This document shows, one piece after another, positions 12,950 through 30,273 of a stretch of 64,000 nucleotides of DNA. The notes under the pieces were generated by a model, which saw only the letters and a list, made by a program, of their open reading frames with translations, was not told the origin of the DNA and ran no database searches. Positions within the stretch are counted from its first letter, which is position 1, and each line of letters starts with the position of its first letter. The stretch lies in assembly GCF_009914755.1 (NCBI RefSeq), contig NC_060925.1. One strand, written 5' to 3'. This DNA is from the human T2T-CHM13v2.0 reference genome, Homo sapiens. Made by a program: the position numbers and the translations under genes.

Positions 12950-15240
12950 TGGTCACTAAGCCCACAATTCCAGGCTTCTCTCACCTCGAAGATTTCCCAT
13001 TCTATATAAGCTGCTGAAATCACCAGCTTTTGGATACACCTCCAAGAAGAACAAGGAAAGCACCAGGGGGGCGAAATGGATTCATAGCATCATTTATCCC
13101 TGATGAAAATAACGTTAACTGGGTCTGATGTGTTACTCTTGATAATCTGAGAACCTGGCTGAACCTTTATTTCTTTGTTACTTTGGTGCAGTTGGCAGCA
13201 TTGGCCAGAATGACCAGAATGACAATGTGGTTTAGATCGGGATTGTGGAACAAATGAAATAATGGTTAGAGACACCCCATCCTCCCAATCACTGAGCAGA
13301 ATCAATAGATGCCTATGGTTTAGGTGTGGCCTTAGAACATACTTCTGGGCATATGCTAGGGCATGAAAGGGTGGAGCTGTTAGGGCAGAAGAGCAATTTA
13401 TGGAGATAATGACCTCTCAGGGAAGAGAATGTCCCCATTTGTGTCCACATGAGATAGAAATGGCACTGGGTAGTTACAGGAAAATGGAAAACCTCAAACA
13501 ACAGCTAAAACAGAAACTAGGCAAAGAAACCACAGGATAACAGAAAATCCAAAATAAGGAGAGAAAATGGCCAAAATCCTGGTCGTGTGACATGTCCATG
13601 ACTCTTCCAGGCAAACCCAAATAGGGGAGAAAGGGGCGGTAGGAGTGCAGGCACATCCCTGAAATCATCTCCTTTTCCAGAACATCTAATGATTATTCCA
13701 CATTTCAGTTAAAGAAACACTCATAAAATTAGAAAGTCAAGCTTTGTATGCATGACTTGTTCTCACAAGCATGCCTGGACTTCTCTCTTCAGTGTGTACT
13801 TTCGCTTTACAATAAAAGCTTCCTGCCTTTCACCTCCTTCTGACTCATCTCTGAATTGTTTCTTGTGATTGTGTCAAGAATCTGGAAACTAGCTGGGCTG
13901 GGGTCTCACTGGCATGCAGAGACTCTCCTGGGATCACACTGGCATCCACAGAGCCTCTTGAGCCCTCCAGCAACAAGTTGATCTGGTAATAGCTTTGGAA
14001 CTTTGAGGGGAAGTTGGAGACTTGGCATGAGGGATAAATGCAGTGGACTGAGACTTTAGACAAGTGGGGATGGGGTCTTTGACCAGGCGCCAGTGGTAGC
14101 TCTCCACGCAAGCTGCTCGTTTCCTATGGATCCCCCTAGCTGTGGTGGGCATTGCAGTTGCCCTTGGGTATTTCGAGTGGCAGGGTCTGCTCACCCTGGA
14201 TAGACCATCACTATCCAGCTGTGCCACTTTGCATGCTCCATCCTTCCTCTGCTCCTTCTCGGCTGCTGATTTTAGAAACAAGGTAGACCAGGTAAGTCTG
14301 ACTGTTTACAAATACTCCAATCTAGCCTGATCTTCAGGCCTCCAGCTGCTAGACGGCTCCAGTGAAGGGATCTTGACTATTTTAGGGTACCCCCGGTCAC
14401 TTGAAAAGCTATCTTTCTCTGGAAGCAGATGGCTCAGAGTCTGTTGTGTGAGTGAGGGTGAAGGCGGCCTCCAAACTTAATGCCAGATCTGGCTAGTTTT
14501 AGCATCAGAACACCAATGGAGAGTAGGTCCTGTGCCTTTAAAAAGTTGGCTTCCAAGGGGTAAGGAAGACAGATGTCTTCGTCATCTGGATTTAGTAAAT
14601 CAAGTGCCTACCATTTTAGGTGATCCCCTTCTTGAGCATGCACTTTTGGAGCATATCAAAACCTGGGGTTCATTGTGAGGGCAGATAGATGAGGAAATTG
14701 GATGCACACCTGTTCAGTCTTTCAACATGGGGGTATATCCTCTGTGTGAGGGGGTTCTGAAGGCCTGTGAGATTGAGACTGGCCTTTACTGGTGCTGATG
14801 GAGGCTCCTGCTACTGCAAACTGGGCTGCTCCGTGGAGTCATTGTTAAGTGGAGCTGTACAGACTGCAGGGCTAAGCACAGGGTTTGGTGTAGATGATGC
14901 GGTGCCGGCTCTGCGTGCAACCAGGTTTGCTATAGTTCAGCTGCAATGAGTGCTGCTGATGGAGTTTTGCTTGACACTGCATGCATGTGGCCAGCCAGAT
15001 GGTAAATTTTCTGCTTCAATGTTCATTAAACCCAGCTCATGGTTGATGCACAGCTGAGTCATTCCCTTTGCCAATGGCTGAGACAGTGCCTCTGACTTAG
15101 CGGTCTGCATGGCTCACTGCCAGGTGTGCAGATCTCAGGAGGAAGTGTGGATCAATACCAGGCAGCCTGAGTTATTCAGCTGGAAATGATCTTGTGGACT
15201 GCCTCTACATTGACAAAATGGACATCAGAATATTCAATAA
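12950..15240 (+). mobile_element. Probable ancient LTR-retroelement internal (pol-like) remnant, split by an ERV1 LTR
   Basis: GC-richer than its flanks; weak peptide echoes only (LSLEADGSESVV near 14410, SCAFKKLAS near 14525, WPARW near 14990); no intact ORF. Confidence 0.35.
13450..13975 (+). mobile_element. ERV1 solo LTR (MER66-like)
   Basis: TG...CA termini (tgagatagaaatggcactgg ... ccagcaaca), AATAAA near 13811; no clear TSD. Confidence 0.7.
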
Positions 15241-15896
15241 ATGTATACCCAAAGGAAATAAATGATGGAAGCCCTTTTCCCCCTCAGATTCTACTTCATT
15301 TGACAACCTTGAAAGACATTTTCTGAGAGATTTGGCTTTGGGTTATACAGATATTTTTTAATATAAACTTAGTACTGGAGCAGTTTCAGCAGAAAACAGG
15401 GGATGGTCCAAAAACATGTAATGGTTGGTGGAGAACACCAGGTAAATTTTCTCTAGGAAAAATATTCTGTGTCATCTTTGAAGAGAAAAAGAAACCTCTT
15501 TATCCATTTGAAAGGATATTTCCCCAATATATTTATATGAAATTAAGTGAGGTAGATAAATTGGCCTTCCTATATCTTAAGGGAAATCCTCAAAATGAAG
15601 AGATAGGCACAGAACTATATCACAAATACCTATAATATTATAAATCATAAACACTTAAAACTTTTATGGCCTCTACTATGGGGACAATCAAGACTGTGCT
15701 TCTTGAGCTAAGAGAATAGCAGATTCTGGACAGGCTCCAAGTATTGCCAATTACTTAAAGTCACCCACCCTTTGAGGGGATTTGGGAGAATCTTCTTGTG
15801 CTTCAGTCCTGTGGAGTAAGAAGTGATTGCAGCATGGGTCGAATAATGATTCACATGCACTATTAGCAGAGTGCAAAGTTAACAAGGGACAGACTA

Positions 15897-16310
15897 TGTT
15901 GGTTTTTTTTTTAATGTATCAACTTGAGCAGGCTGCAGTCTCCAGTCTTTCAGTCAACACTACTAGGTGTTGTGATAAGATTTTGCAGATGTAATTAAAG
16001 TACCTAATCAGTTGACTTTGAATAAGGAAGATAATTCTGGATAATCCAGGTGGGCCTGACATAACCAGCCGAAAGCCTTAGAAGCAGAACTGAGGCTTTC
16101 CCAAGAGAACAAATAATTCTCCCATATACAACAGCTTTAGCTTCGACCCATGGAGTTCTATTTGGAGTTCTTGTGAGTTCCTTTCCTGACCACTTGCCCT
16201 ATGAATTTCAGACTTGATTAGCCCATCACACAATTGTGTAAGATAATTCCTGTAACAAATCTCTTAATGCATCTATCTCTTATGGGTTCTGTTTTTCTGG
16301 CAGATGCATA
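15897..16310 (+). mobile_element. MLT2-type (ERVL) LTR
   Basis: ttaatgtatcaacttg...ggtgggcctga...aatttcagacttg...ggttctgtttttctgg. Confidence 0.8.
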
Positions 16311-18488
16311 TAGCTCACATTCAAGAGATTCTCTGCTTACTGAAATTTTAATTTATCTAACCTTTGTGACTTCTACAGATCTCTGATACCTTTAAAAATA
16401 TGACTATTGTACCTCATTTGTTTTTTTCTAGTTGTTGTAGTGGGAGTTTTGGTCTCCCAGTGTCTACTGTAGAGTCTCCCAACAGATATGGAGTAGAAAA
16501 GAAGAAGGAATGGTATTCAACTTACAATGTGGTTCTGACATTATTTGTATAACAAGGTCTAAATATTTACATTCTGAGACATGGGTATAATTAAATATTC
16601 CAAGTATTGCCTGTCCATGAATTCTTAAATCTTAAACTCAATCTAAGTAGCACTTAGAGTTTTACGATGACTTTAATATTCCCTATTGCAAAGTTAAGTA
16701 ATAGGATTGGAGTCATAAAGAAAGACACGTGATCCTGTATAATGGAACTCCTGACACTTGGTGGGAGCATCCTGTACATCAAGAGCCAGTATATCCTTTG
16801 CTCATTTCATTTCAACTGCCATTTATTTCTTCAAGGTGACTTCTTATGATGCTACTTTTTGCTTCCCACTTTATTCTCTTTCATTTCTTGTAAATTTCTT
16901 TGGAGGGAGATGCTTCTTTTTTGTAAGGTTGTACATGTGATACAAATTCAGGCTTAGAGAAGACAAATAAATTCAAAGAACCAGCATAGGGCATGGGCTG
17001 TAAAATGCGCAGCTGTCTAAAGAAGCCCAGTTGAAACAACTGGAGATGCGGGTGTGGGATCCGGAGTGAGAAGCAAGGCAGAGTCTGTGGTGACTCTGAA
17101 TCTTCACAGCAGGCATAAGTGAAAAGAAGAAAAGGCAGGTTTGATTAGGAAAAGAATATGCAACATGCCTCACATGCACTGGGTAGCCTGTTCTATATAT
17201 GGAGTTTACCTCATACTACAAGGATTTATGTGTATGTTTTCCACAGTTATCTGAGAGCTCCTACAACTCACTGTTCAGGTCTTCCTGTCTTTTGATTTCA
17301 GACCTTACCTCCCCTTAATATCCTCTACCAACTACCCTCCATTCTCTCATCTTCCAACCCTTCCCCCTGCCCTTTGACTTTGTCTCAGAATGTTATGGTC
17401 TATTGTACAAAGGCACAAAAAGAGCCACTGTACTCAATTTTGTTGGCTATATACAGCTAAGTACATCTTAAAAAATTGTTGCATTTTTAAAAGAACAATT
17501 TACATCCTAGAAGGTATCTTCATTTATGGACATAAGCTCTTTTAAATGCAATAGCAATGCTACACCCAACAATTACTTTATCTGTATAAGGATGCAGCAT
17601 TTGGGGTTACATTCTATAATGATATGAAATAAAAAAATTATGCTAGAAAAAAGTTACACTTCCAAAATTATTTAAACTTGATTTTAGTTTTCAGCATCGG
17701 AAATATTGCAATTACAGCTCAGAAAAATGAGGAAAGGCCTCTAAGAGACTCTTCTTGCTGAAATGTGATTCCAAATAAATAAATAAGCATACTTGAATTG
17801 ATAATAAGGCTTTGAGCTATTCAGCTTAAAAATAGGCTTACCCCATTAAGATTATTAAACTCAGAGGCATATTCTGAAAAGAGCTTTTGAAAATGGATTT
17901 CTTGCAAACTGTCATCAAATATTCATAGATAAAATAATTATGTGGAAAGATAAAGGGATGGTGGAAATTAAAGGGGGCTGATAATAAAGGGAACTGGATG
18001 AGATAGTTAAGCAAACTTTTTGAGAGGGAGAATTTTTTTAGAGGAGGTTGGCGTGAAGCTTAGACTTGAACATTTGAGCATCTGTTTTTTTAGCCCCTCA
18101 TTGCTTCTGTCCTGGTGAATAAAGTGCATGGATAAGCATAGGTGACAATTGCTTGACTGTGATGGAATTTAACTCCCATATGGGTTTGTATTCTTTGTTG
18201 CTATACATTCAGTCTTTTCCTTACCATGAGCATGGATGAGGCTATGCAGTGTTCTTTGCAACCTTTATCATGTCTAACACAGTTCAGGGAAGTGTCACTG
18301 AACAATAGGCTGGTGGCTGAGAAGAACGCTGTATACTCAGTTTCATATTTCCTTGCTGAAAGCCAACACATAAGATATTTAAATTTGTATGGTCTTACAG
18401 CTAACTGAGTGGAAAGATAGGGATTTGCAAATTTAACCAACTTAACTATTTTATACCTGAATATTTGATGATAGAAGTAGGAAATTCC

Positions 18489-18787
<299 letters not shown>

Positions 18788-20309
18788 CAGAAATCTATTT
18801 TTAAAAGAACTTTGTGTAAAGCTCTTCCTATTTGAAGGTCTTCTTGTTTATATTTCCTAATGCTCTCTTGAGTAGTAGCTGGAAGTTTAGACTGAATATT
18901 TGTCATTTTCTTTTACTTTCCAAATCACTCCAATCTGTGTGACTCTATCTTTTGTTGTAATCAAGTCTCAGTGAATAAACCAGGCACCTTCTAACCAAAG
19001 TAGACAATTTACCTCCTGTATTGACCTCCACACAAAATTGTCTAATGGGTCTCTACCCTGCTCAAGTATCCTCTACCCTCTGAGTACTTTCTCAACCAGA
19101 CACCTAAAGGAAACAGATGCCTGAGTCAGAGCAGCTCTGGAGCAGAAATTTGTTTTCTGAATTGCCAAGATACCTATTAAGTTACAGAAAAATATATCTA
19201 AATTTTATATTTTACAGCATGCAAATAAATGTGTATAAAATATAAATATATTTAGGTTATGAATCAATATATATATACATAAATCAATGTTATTGATTTA
19301 ATAGGTTTTAGTGTTTACTAGAAAAGGAATTATTGAATTTGTAAAGATGGCTCACATAAATATGCTTAAAATACATTAATCATAATGTGTGAATGTGTTT
19401 AAAACAAAGACAATTTCACAATATTAATAGCTACCAAGAGATATTCTACATGAAATTTGTTTGATGTTTTATACTAGAAAGATTAAGGACTATGAAATGT
19501 TTCCCTTGATCATTTGACAATGTAATATTGTATATCTTGTAACTATTAGGCATCATCCTAGGTTCTAAAAATAAAATTTTTAAAATGGAGGAAAAATTCT
19601 GCCACCAGGGAGTCAGGGAGACAGAGGGTGACAGCGCTTAAATGCTACAGCATATAAATCCCAGGAGGCTGAGTGTAGCACTTGACGGCCACCTAGTCCA
19701 GACGGGGTCAGATACCATCCAAGTGAGTTGATGTTTGAGCACAGTCCCTGTATCCTTCACTTTCTAAAGCATGAATGTCCTGAGCCCTATTCCTACAGGA
19801 TTCTATTCTAAGGACGTGGTCTTCACATTAAAGAGCATCATGAATAAACACACACTGAAGTGTTAATAGCTGATGATGAGTTCATGTGTTATCTCGTCTC
19901 ACATTTTATTAAAGAACAAAAGACTTTATGTCTAGCTCATGTAGCTAATGATGGACTTAAAAATAAAAAAGCGTTAATAGTGAATGATGGACTTTCAGGT
20001 TCCAGTAGCACAGTTAATTAATTTGGATGAAGTGTATTGTCTTAGTGCCTTTAAATTACAGATGCAATTTTGCAGATAATACCGCTATTCTCACATTTCT
20101 CCTCTCATTAGCTGCTACTTGGTTCTCCACTTTTGCATCCATAGAATTTTAGGAAATTTCCAGGACTCTGAGCTAGATCTCAAAATCTCACGAGCCCAGA
20201 AATCAATCAGGGTATAAAAGTGGAGACTAGCTTTTAAAACTGATTTATAAACCAGCCAACAGGTATCTAAGGAAATGAGTTTCAAACTACCCTTAATAAT
20301 ATCTTTTGT

Positions 20310-21756
20310 CACCACAACACAATGATCAAAATTAGGAAATTAACATTGGTACAGTAGTGTAAACACAACTATAGACCTTATTTAAATTTCACCAACTTTT
20401 CCACGAATGTCCTTTTTCTATTCTGGTATCCAGTACAGGTTCTCAAATAGCATTTAGTTGTTATTTGTCCTGAGTCTCCTCCAATATATGATTGTTTCTC
20501 AGCCCTTCCTTGTCTTTCATGACCTTGACACTTTTGAAGAGTGCTGGTCAGCTGCTTTGTAGAGTGCCCTTCAACTTAGCTTTGTCTAATGTTTTCTCAC
20601 GATTCGATTGAGGTGCGGCACTGTTGCCAGGTATGTCACAGACAGGCTGTGCTGTTCTTAGTATATCATATCAAGGGCACATGGTATTCATATGTCTTAC
20701 TGCTGGTGATGTTAACCTTTATCACTTGGTTAAGGTGGTGTCTGCTGGATTTCTTAACTGTGAAGTTTCTCTTTTCACTTTGTAATTCATAAATATCTTG
20801 GAGGAGATACTTTGACACTGTGAAAGTATCCTGCTTCTCTTCAAATTGATACCTTTAATTCCAACCCCCACACTACACATTTCATTCCAGTCTTCCCTCA
20901 CTCTTTATTTGTAAGGAATATGTTCCCAAACAATGAGAAACTTGGCTCTAATTATCGCCTATATTTACTTACTTGTTCAATCCTAGCATAAATATAAAAT
21001 GGCTTTAGAATTGCTAAACCAAAATCCTGTGAGAAACAAAGTTACTAATTAGATTACAGTTTTTTTGTATAGAGTTTTGTCTTTAGCCTTACAATGTCTA
21101 ATTAAAATATTGTTTTCCAAAGATATTTTGTTTGGTTAATTCTTTTCTTTCTCAACATCTTCAGTGGTATTAAGGTATTCATTCATTTAGGCTCATTTGT
21201 TACTGCGTTATTTTATGTTGAGTCTTTCTTTCTCCATCCTGGCTGAATTTAACTGTTTACATGTTTTGGGATATTTTATAATATGTGAAACCTTATAGAA
21301 GTTTTAAGAATTACAGCTATGAAACAAGAATATTCAAAGAATTGTCACTACCCATTCCTGTTTCTTTTTTCCATTTTTCCATCCTGTTAACACCTACCCT
21401 CCATAGGTAACTACTCTTTTTAGTTTCTGGTTTATACTTCTTGCATTTCTTTACAGAAATGAACAGATACATGTCTATGTTATTCTACCCTTTTCTTACA
21501 TGAAGGGTAGTCTACAATAGTATGGGCACTTTACTTTCTTCACTTAATATCATATCACAGGAATCACTTGGTATCCTTTCATAGAGATCTTCCTCATCCT
21601 TCTTTATATGTGTAATACTACATCACATGGAGGTTTACTCAACCACTCTCCTGTGTAGGGGCATTTAGGTTCTTTGTGTAATTAAAACAATACTCCTCTG
21701 ATGTTTTGCAATTATAAAAAACACTGCAGTGTACAAATTCACTCATATATATTTCT
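20310..21756 (-). mobile_element. L1MC-type 3'UTR fragment
   Basis: aaaattaggaaattaacattggtaca...gaccttatttaaatttcacc...gttaacctttatcacttggttaaggtggtgtctgc. Confidence 0.8.
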
Positions 21757-24550
<2,794 letters not shown>

Positions 24551-24869
24551 TGAGCCTGTTTCTTGAATCCATCCCCTCAAAGGTAGATGATGATAGGCCC
24601 CACGGGTAGCAAAAGAATGGCTGTTTGAAGGGAATGGGGTGGAATGAGCTTGGATATGTGGCTATGGTGTGCACCCAAGTACATAAAAGGCCCCTTTGTT
24701 GTGTGGGGTGGAGCCTGGATTGGGAAGAGGATGGAAGGTGGCTGTGAGCTGGGGCCCTCAGACTTATATCCATTCCCAGGACTTGTAAATCTTAGTGGCA
24801 GTCCTATATATTGAAGTGATCTTTTAAAAGTGCATGCTTAAAAAGAATTCTTTATTCACATATCTGAGA

Positions 24870-25135
24870 AAATTGATAATATAGAGACACCTCCAAGTCC
24901 TGAAGTATGAAATGTGTAAGACCAAATAGAAATCATTTGAAAAAGTTGGAGGGCAAGTACTGCCTCCTCTAGAGCAAGTTTTAGTTAGAGCAAGAACTTG
25001 AAGAGAATGTTGAGAGAAAAGGATGAGGATAAAGATTTTGCGGATGACTGACCTTGTGTTCCAGGGGGCACAATGAAGGAGTTTCAAGTGAGGAAAGGGC
25101 ATAGGATATGGGGTCAAATAGGGCATCTATGAAGT
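24870..25135 (-). mobile_element. L2 ORF2 N-terminal (APE endonuclease) remnant
   Basis: ORF 24824-25126 gives LHCAPWNTRSVIRK...LFSQHSLQVLALTKT, matching the WN.RS / LALTETW motifs of L2/CR1 endonucleases. Confidence 0.7.
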
Positions 25136-25768
25136 CAAAAGGTGAGTTAAATGTAAGAAATGAATGATTAATTTGGAGTGCTGGGCTTTCTATGGCAGTT
25201 TTAATAGCTTTATTGAGATATAATTCACATATAACATTTATCTATTAAAATATATAGTTAAATGGTTTGTAATATAGCATATTCACAGAGTTGTGCAATC
25301 ACTAACATAATCTAATTTTAAAATGTTTTCATTGCTCCAAAAAAGAAACCTGGTACCCATTAGTAATCATTCCATATCCTGCTACCTTCTAGCCTCAGGC
25401 AAGCACTAATCTACTTTCTATCTCTGTAGAATTGCCTATTTTGGAAAATATGTAAATGGAATAATAAAATGCGTGTTTTTTTGTGACTGGCTTCTATTGC
25501 TTAGCATGTTTTCAAGGCTCATCTATATTGTAGCATATGTCAGGTTTTGTTATTGCTATTTGTGTTTGCTGAATAATATTTTGTAGTATGGATATACCAC
25601 ATTTTGTTTATCCAGTCATAAACTGATGGGCATTTAGATGGTTTTCACTTTTTGGCTATTATGAATAATGCTGCATTGAACATTTATGTATACATTTTAA
25701 TGAGGACATCTGTTTTCATTTCTCTTGGGTACATGCCTAGTGGTGGAATTTATTGGCCATGTAGTAAA

Positions 25769-28663
25769 TGTTATATAAATGTGCAAAATATAGACTGGGT
25801 ATATTGACCCTGTATTAGTCTGTTTTCACACTGCTATGAAGAACTCCCTGAGACTGGGTAATTTATAAACAAAAGAAGTTTAATTGACTCACACTTCTGC
25901 ATAGCTGGGAAGGCCTCAGGAAACTTACAATCATGGCAGGAGGCAAATGGGAAGCAAAGCACGTCTTACATGGTGTCAGGAAAGAGAGTGAGTGCAGGGG
26001 AAACTGCCACTTTGAAAATCCTCAGACCTCTTGAGAACTTTCACATTACTGCAAGAACATTATGGGGGAAACTGTCTCTATGATCCAATCACCTCCCTTC
26101 CAGGCCCTCCCTAACAGGTGGGATTAAAATTCAAGAAGAGATTTGGGTGAGGACACAGAACCAAACCATATCATCTGTCCCTCCCGCCTCCCATATCTCA
26201 TGTCCTTTTTACATTTCAAAACCAATCATGCCTTCCCAAAAGTCCCCCAAAGTCTTAATTCATTCCAGCATTAACTCAAAAGTCCAAGTCCAAAGTCTCA
26301 TCTGAGACAAGGCGAGTCCCTTATGCCTATGAGCCTGTAAAATCAAAAGCAAGTTACTTACTTCCAAGATACAGTGGGGGTACAGGCATTGGGTAAATGT
26401 TTCCATTCGAAATGGGAAAAATTGGTCAAAACAAAGGGTCCACAGGCCCCATGCAATTCTGAAACCTGGCTGGACAGTCATTAAATTTCCTTTGACTCCA
26501 TGTCTCACATACAGGGCACACTGATGTGAGAGGTGGGCTCCCACAGCCTTGGGAAGCTCCACCCCTGTGGCTTTGCAGAGTACTGTCCCACTCCTGGCTA
26601 CTTTCATGGGCTGGCATTGAGTGTTGGTGGCTTTTCCAGGCACACAGTGCAAGCTGTCAGTGGATCTACCTTTCTGGGTTCTGGAGGACAGTGGCCCTAT
26701 TCTCACAGCTCCGCTGTGCAGTGCCCCATTGGGGCCTCCATGTGGGAGCTCCAACCCCACATTTCCCTTTCACACTGCCCTAGCAGAGGTTCTCCTTGAG
26801 GACACTACTTCTGCAGCAGACTTTTGCCTGAACATCCAGGCATTTCCATATATCCTCTGAAATCTAGGTGGAGGTTCCCAAACCTCAACTCTTGTCTTCT
26901 ACACATGTGCAGGCCCAATACCACATAGAAGCCACCAAGGCTTGGGGCTTGCACCCTCTAAAGCGATGTCCAAAGCTGTACCTTGGCTCCTTTTAGCCAC
27001 AGCTGTAGCAGCTGGGATGCAGGGTGCCATATCCTGGGGCTGCACAGAGCAGTGGGTCCCTGGGCCCAGCCCAGGAAACCATTGTTCTCTCCTAGGCCTC
27101 TGGGCCTGTGATGGGAGGGGCTGCTGCAAAGGTCTCTGACATGCGCTGGAGACACTTTCCCTATAGTCTTGACTATTAACATTCAGCTCCTTGTTACTTA
27201 TGCAAGTTTCCGCAGCCTGCTTGAATTCCTTCCCAGAAAATTGGTTTTTCTTTTCTATCACATGGTCAGTTTGTAAATTTTCCAAACATTTACACTCTGC
27301 TTCTCTTTTAAACATATATTCCAATTTCAAACCATCTTTTTGTGAGCACATATAACTGTACACTTTCTGGAAAAATCATGTCACACCTTGAATGCTCTGC
27401 TGCTTAGAAATTTCTTCTGCCAGTTACCCTAAATCATCTCTCTCAAGTTCAAAATTCCATGGATCTCTAGGGCATGGGCAAAATGCTGCCAGTCTCTTTG
27501 CTAAAGCATAGCAAGAGTCACCGTTGACTCCACTTTCCAACAAGTTCCTCATCTTCATCTGAGACCCTCAGCCTGGACTTCATTGTCCATATCACTATCA
27601 GCATTTTGGTCAAAGCCATTCAACAAGTCTCTAGAAGTTCCAAACTTTCCCACACCTTCCTGTCTTCTTCTGATCCCTCCAAACTGTTCCAACCTCTGCC
27701 CATTACTGAGTTCCAAAGACATGTCCCCTTTTTTGGGTTATCTTTATAGCAGTGCCTCACTCCTGGTACCAATTTCTGTATTAGTCCATTTTCACACGCT
27801 GTAGAGACCTCCCTGAGTCTGGGTAATTTATAAACAAAAGAGGTTTAATTGACTTACACTTTTGCATGACTGGGGAGGCCTCTGGAGACTTATAGTCATG
27901 GCAGAAGGTGAATGGGAAGCAAGGCACGTCTTACATGGTGGCAGGAAAGAGAGTGAATGCAGGGAAACTGCCACTTTTAAAACCATCAGATCTTGTGAGT
28001 GAGAACTCCCTCAGTATCACAAGAATAGCAATGGGAAAACTACCTCCATGATCCATTCACCTCCCACCAGGTCCCTCCCTTGACATGTGGGGATTGTAAT
28101 TCAAGATGAGATTTGGGTGCGGATACAGAGCCAAATCATATCAGAACTTCTGTTGTTTAAATCTTCTTAACAGGCACCCATTAGGTCAAAAGCCCTTTAG
28201 TGCCAAAGTAAAATTTTTATACATCCAATTGTTTTAAATATAACCCGTGTCAGCAGACTTAGCCATTTAGAGACTGCCTGCTTTGCATACTTTGTAAAAC
28301 TGTACCTAATATCTGTTAGCTGTAGGTAAGATAAACCCTGTGGCTTTAAAGGACTCCAAGTTTTTGCTGCCTTGCAGAGTTCTCTGATCCAGCAATTCCC
28401 TGCAGTGCTCTGCAGTGACATTATTTAGACCCAAATCTTCTTGATCTCCTTCTCCCCTAGAAAGCTTCCCTCACCCTTCTTTTCTGGTGGTAGCCCACAG
28501 GCCTTTGCTTTTGAAAAGCTTCATACCGTGCAGGGCTTCACTCACATGCAAACCTGTCAAAAACACCACCTAAATAAAGCTTGTATGTGCTACTACTACT
28601 GTGGTTATATCTTGTAGTTATGTTTTTATCATTGATCAGCACTGAAATGATTAAGCCAGGAAT
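25769..28663 (+). mobile_element. ERV1-class solo LTR (possibly MER67-like), split by a MaLR element
   Basis: Pieces 25769-25810 and 28144-28663; starts tgttatataa, AATAAA near 28573; L1 text resumes at gtaactctatg with a gtaa-like TSD. Confidence 0.65.
25811..28143 (-). mobile_element. Full-length MaLR element, THE1D-like (LTRs 25811-26173 and 27777-28143)
   Basis: Two LTRs plus ~1.6-kb internal region homologous to 9449-11026; degenerate TSD gaccc/gaact. Confidence 0.93.
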
Positions 28664-29682
28664 AGTAACTCTATGCTTAACATTTTGAGGAATTGTGAAA
28701 CTATTTTCTAAACTGCATGAACCATTTTGCAGTCCCACCAGTATTGTATGAGGGTTTCATTTTCTCCACATCTTTGCTAACACTTGTTATTGTCTTTCTG
28801 ATTGTAGCCATCATACTGGGTATAAAATGGTATCTTATTGTAGTATTGATGTACATTTCTTTAATATTTAATGATGTTCAGCATCTTTTAGTGTCTTTAC
28901 TGGCCATTTGTTTATCTTCTTTGGAAAAATGTCTATTCAAATATTTTGCTTATTTTAATATTGGGTTATATATATTTATTACTGAATTGTAAAGGTTCTT
29001 TGTATATTCTAGCTACATATACCTAATCAGATATATGCTTTGCAAATATTTTCTCCCATTCTGTACTTTGTCTTTTTACTTTCTTGATAGTGTCCTTTGG
29101 AGCACAAAAGTTTTTAATTTTTATAATGCCCAATTTATCTTTTTTTCCCCTTTTACTTCTTTTTATTTTGATGTCTTATCTCAGAAGCCATTTCCCACCC
29201 CATCATCATGATGGTTTACTCCAATTTTTTCTTCTGGTAGGTATATTTCATATGCTTGGGTGTGATTTACTTTTTGTTAATTTTGTGATGTAGTGTGAGA
29301 TAGAGATCCAAATTCGTTGTTTATGTGGATTTGTCCAAGTATCACTTGTTGGAAAGACTATTCTTTCTTCAGTGAATTGTCCAGCCAACTCTGTTGAGAA
29401 TCAATTGCCCATAAATGGGAAAGCTTATTTCTGGCTCTTAATTCTATCCATTGTTTTATATGTACATTCTTATGTCATTACCACCCTGTTCTGCTTACTG
29501 TATTTTTGTAGTAAACTTTGAACTCAGGAAGTACAAGCCCTCCAACATCATTCTTCTTTGGCTTTTCTGATTCCCATTTAATTTCATGTGAATTTTGGGA
29601 TTAGCATGTCTATGTCTACAAAGAAAAGGCAACTGGAATTTTGATAGCAATTGCTTTGAGTCTGTAGATGAATTTGACAACT

Positions 29683-29760
29683 GTACTAGGTCATATTCAC
29701 AGGGGCCCGGGTTTAGGACTTTAACATGTCTTTTGAGAAGACACAATTCAACTCACAACA
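29683..29760 (-). mobile_element. MLT1 LTR terminal fragment within the L1
   Basis: ggtcatattcacagg...gggtttaggactttaacatgtctttt...gacacaattcaactcacaaca. Confidence 0.7.
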
Positions 29761-30125
29761 AGGAATATTGTCATATCAATATTATTCTATGGATATGTGA
29801 CATTTTTCCATTTATTTAGATATTCTTCTATTTATTTCACCAATGTTTTGTATTTTCAGTGTACAAGTCTTGCACTTCTTTTGTTAAATGTATTCCAAAG
29901 TATTTTATTCTTTTTGATGCTACTATAAATTATATTTTCTTAATTTAATTTTCAGATTGTCCATTGCTAATATATAGAAATACAATTTATTATTATATAT
30001 CTCTCTTATATTTTGCTACATTGTTGCACTCATTTATAAGTTATAACAATTTTTTCTATGGATTCCTTAGTATTTTCTGTATGAAAGGTCATATCATTGC
30101 AAATGGAGATAGTTCTACTATGTTA

Positions 30126-30273
30126 TTTCTTTCTTTCTTTTTTTTTTTTTTAAAGTAGAGACAGGGTTTCACCATGTTGGCCAGGCTTGGCTTGAACTCC
30201 TGACCTCAGGTGATCCACCTGCCTCGGCCTCCCAAAGTCCCAAAGTGCTGGGATTACAGGCATGAGCCACCAG
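30126..30273 (-). mobile_element. Isolated Alu left arm (AluS-type)
   Basis: Poly(T) then gtagagacagggtttcacc...gagccacc; internal 8-bp duplication cccaaagt. Confidence 0.9.
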
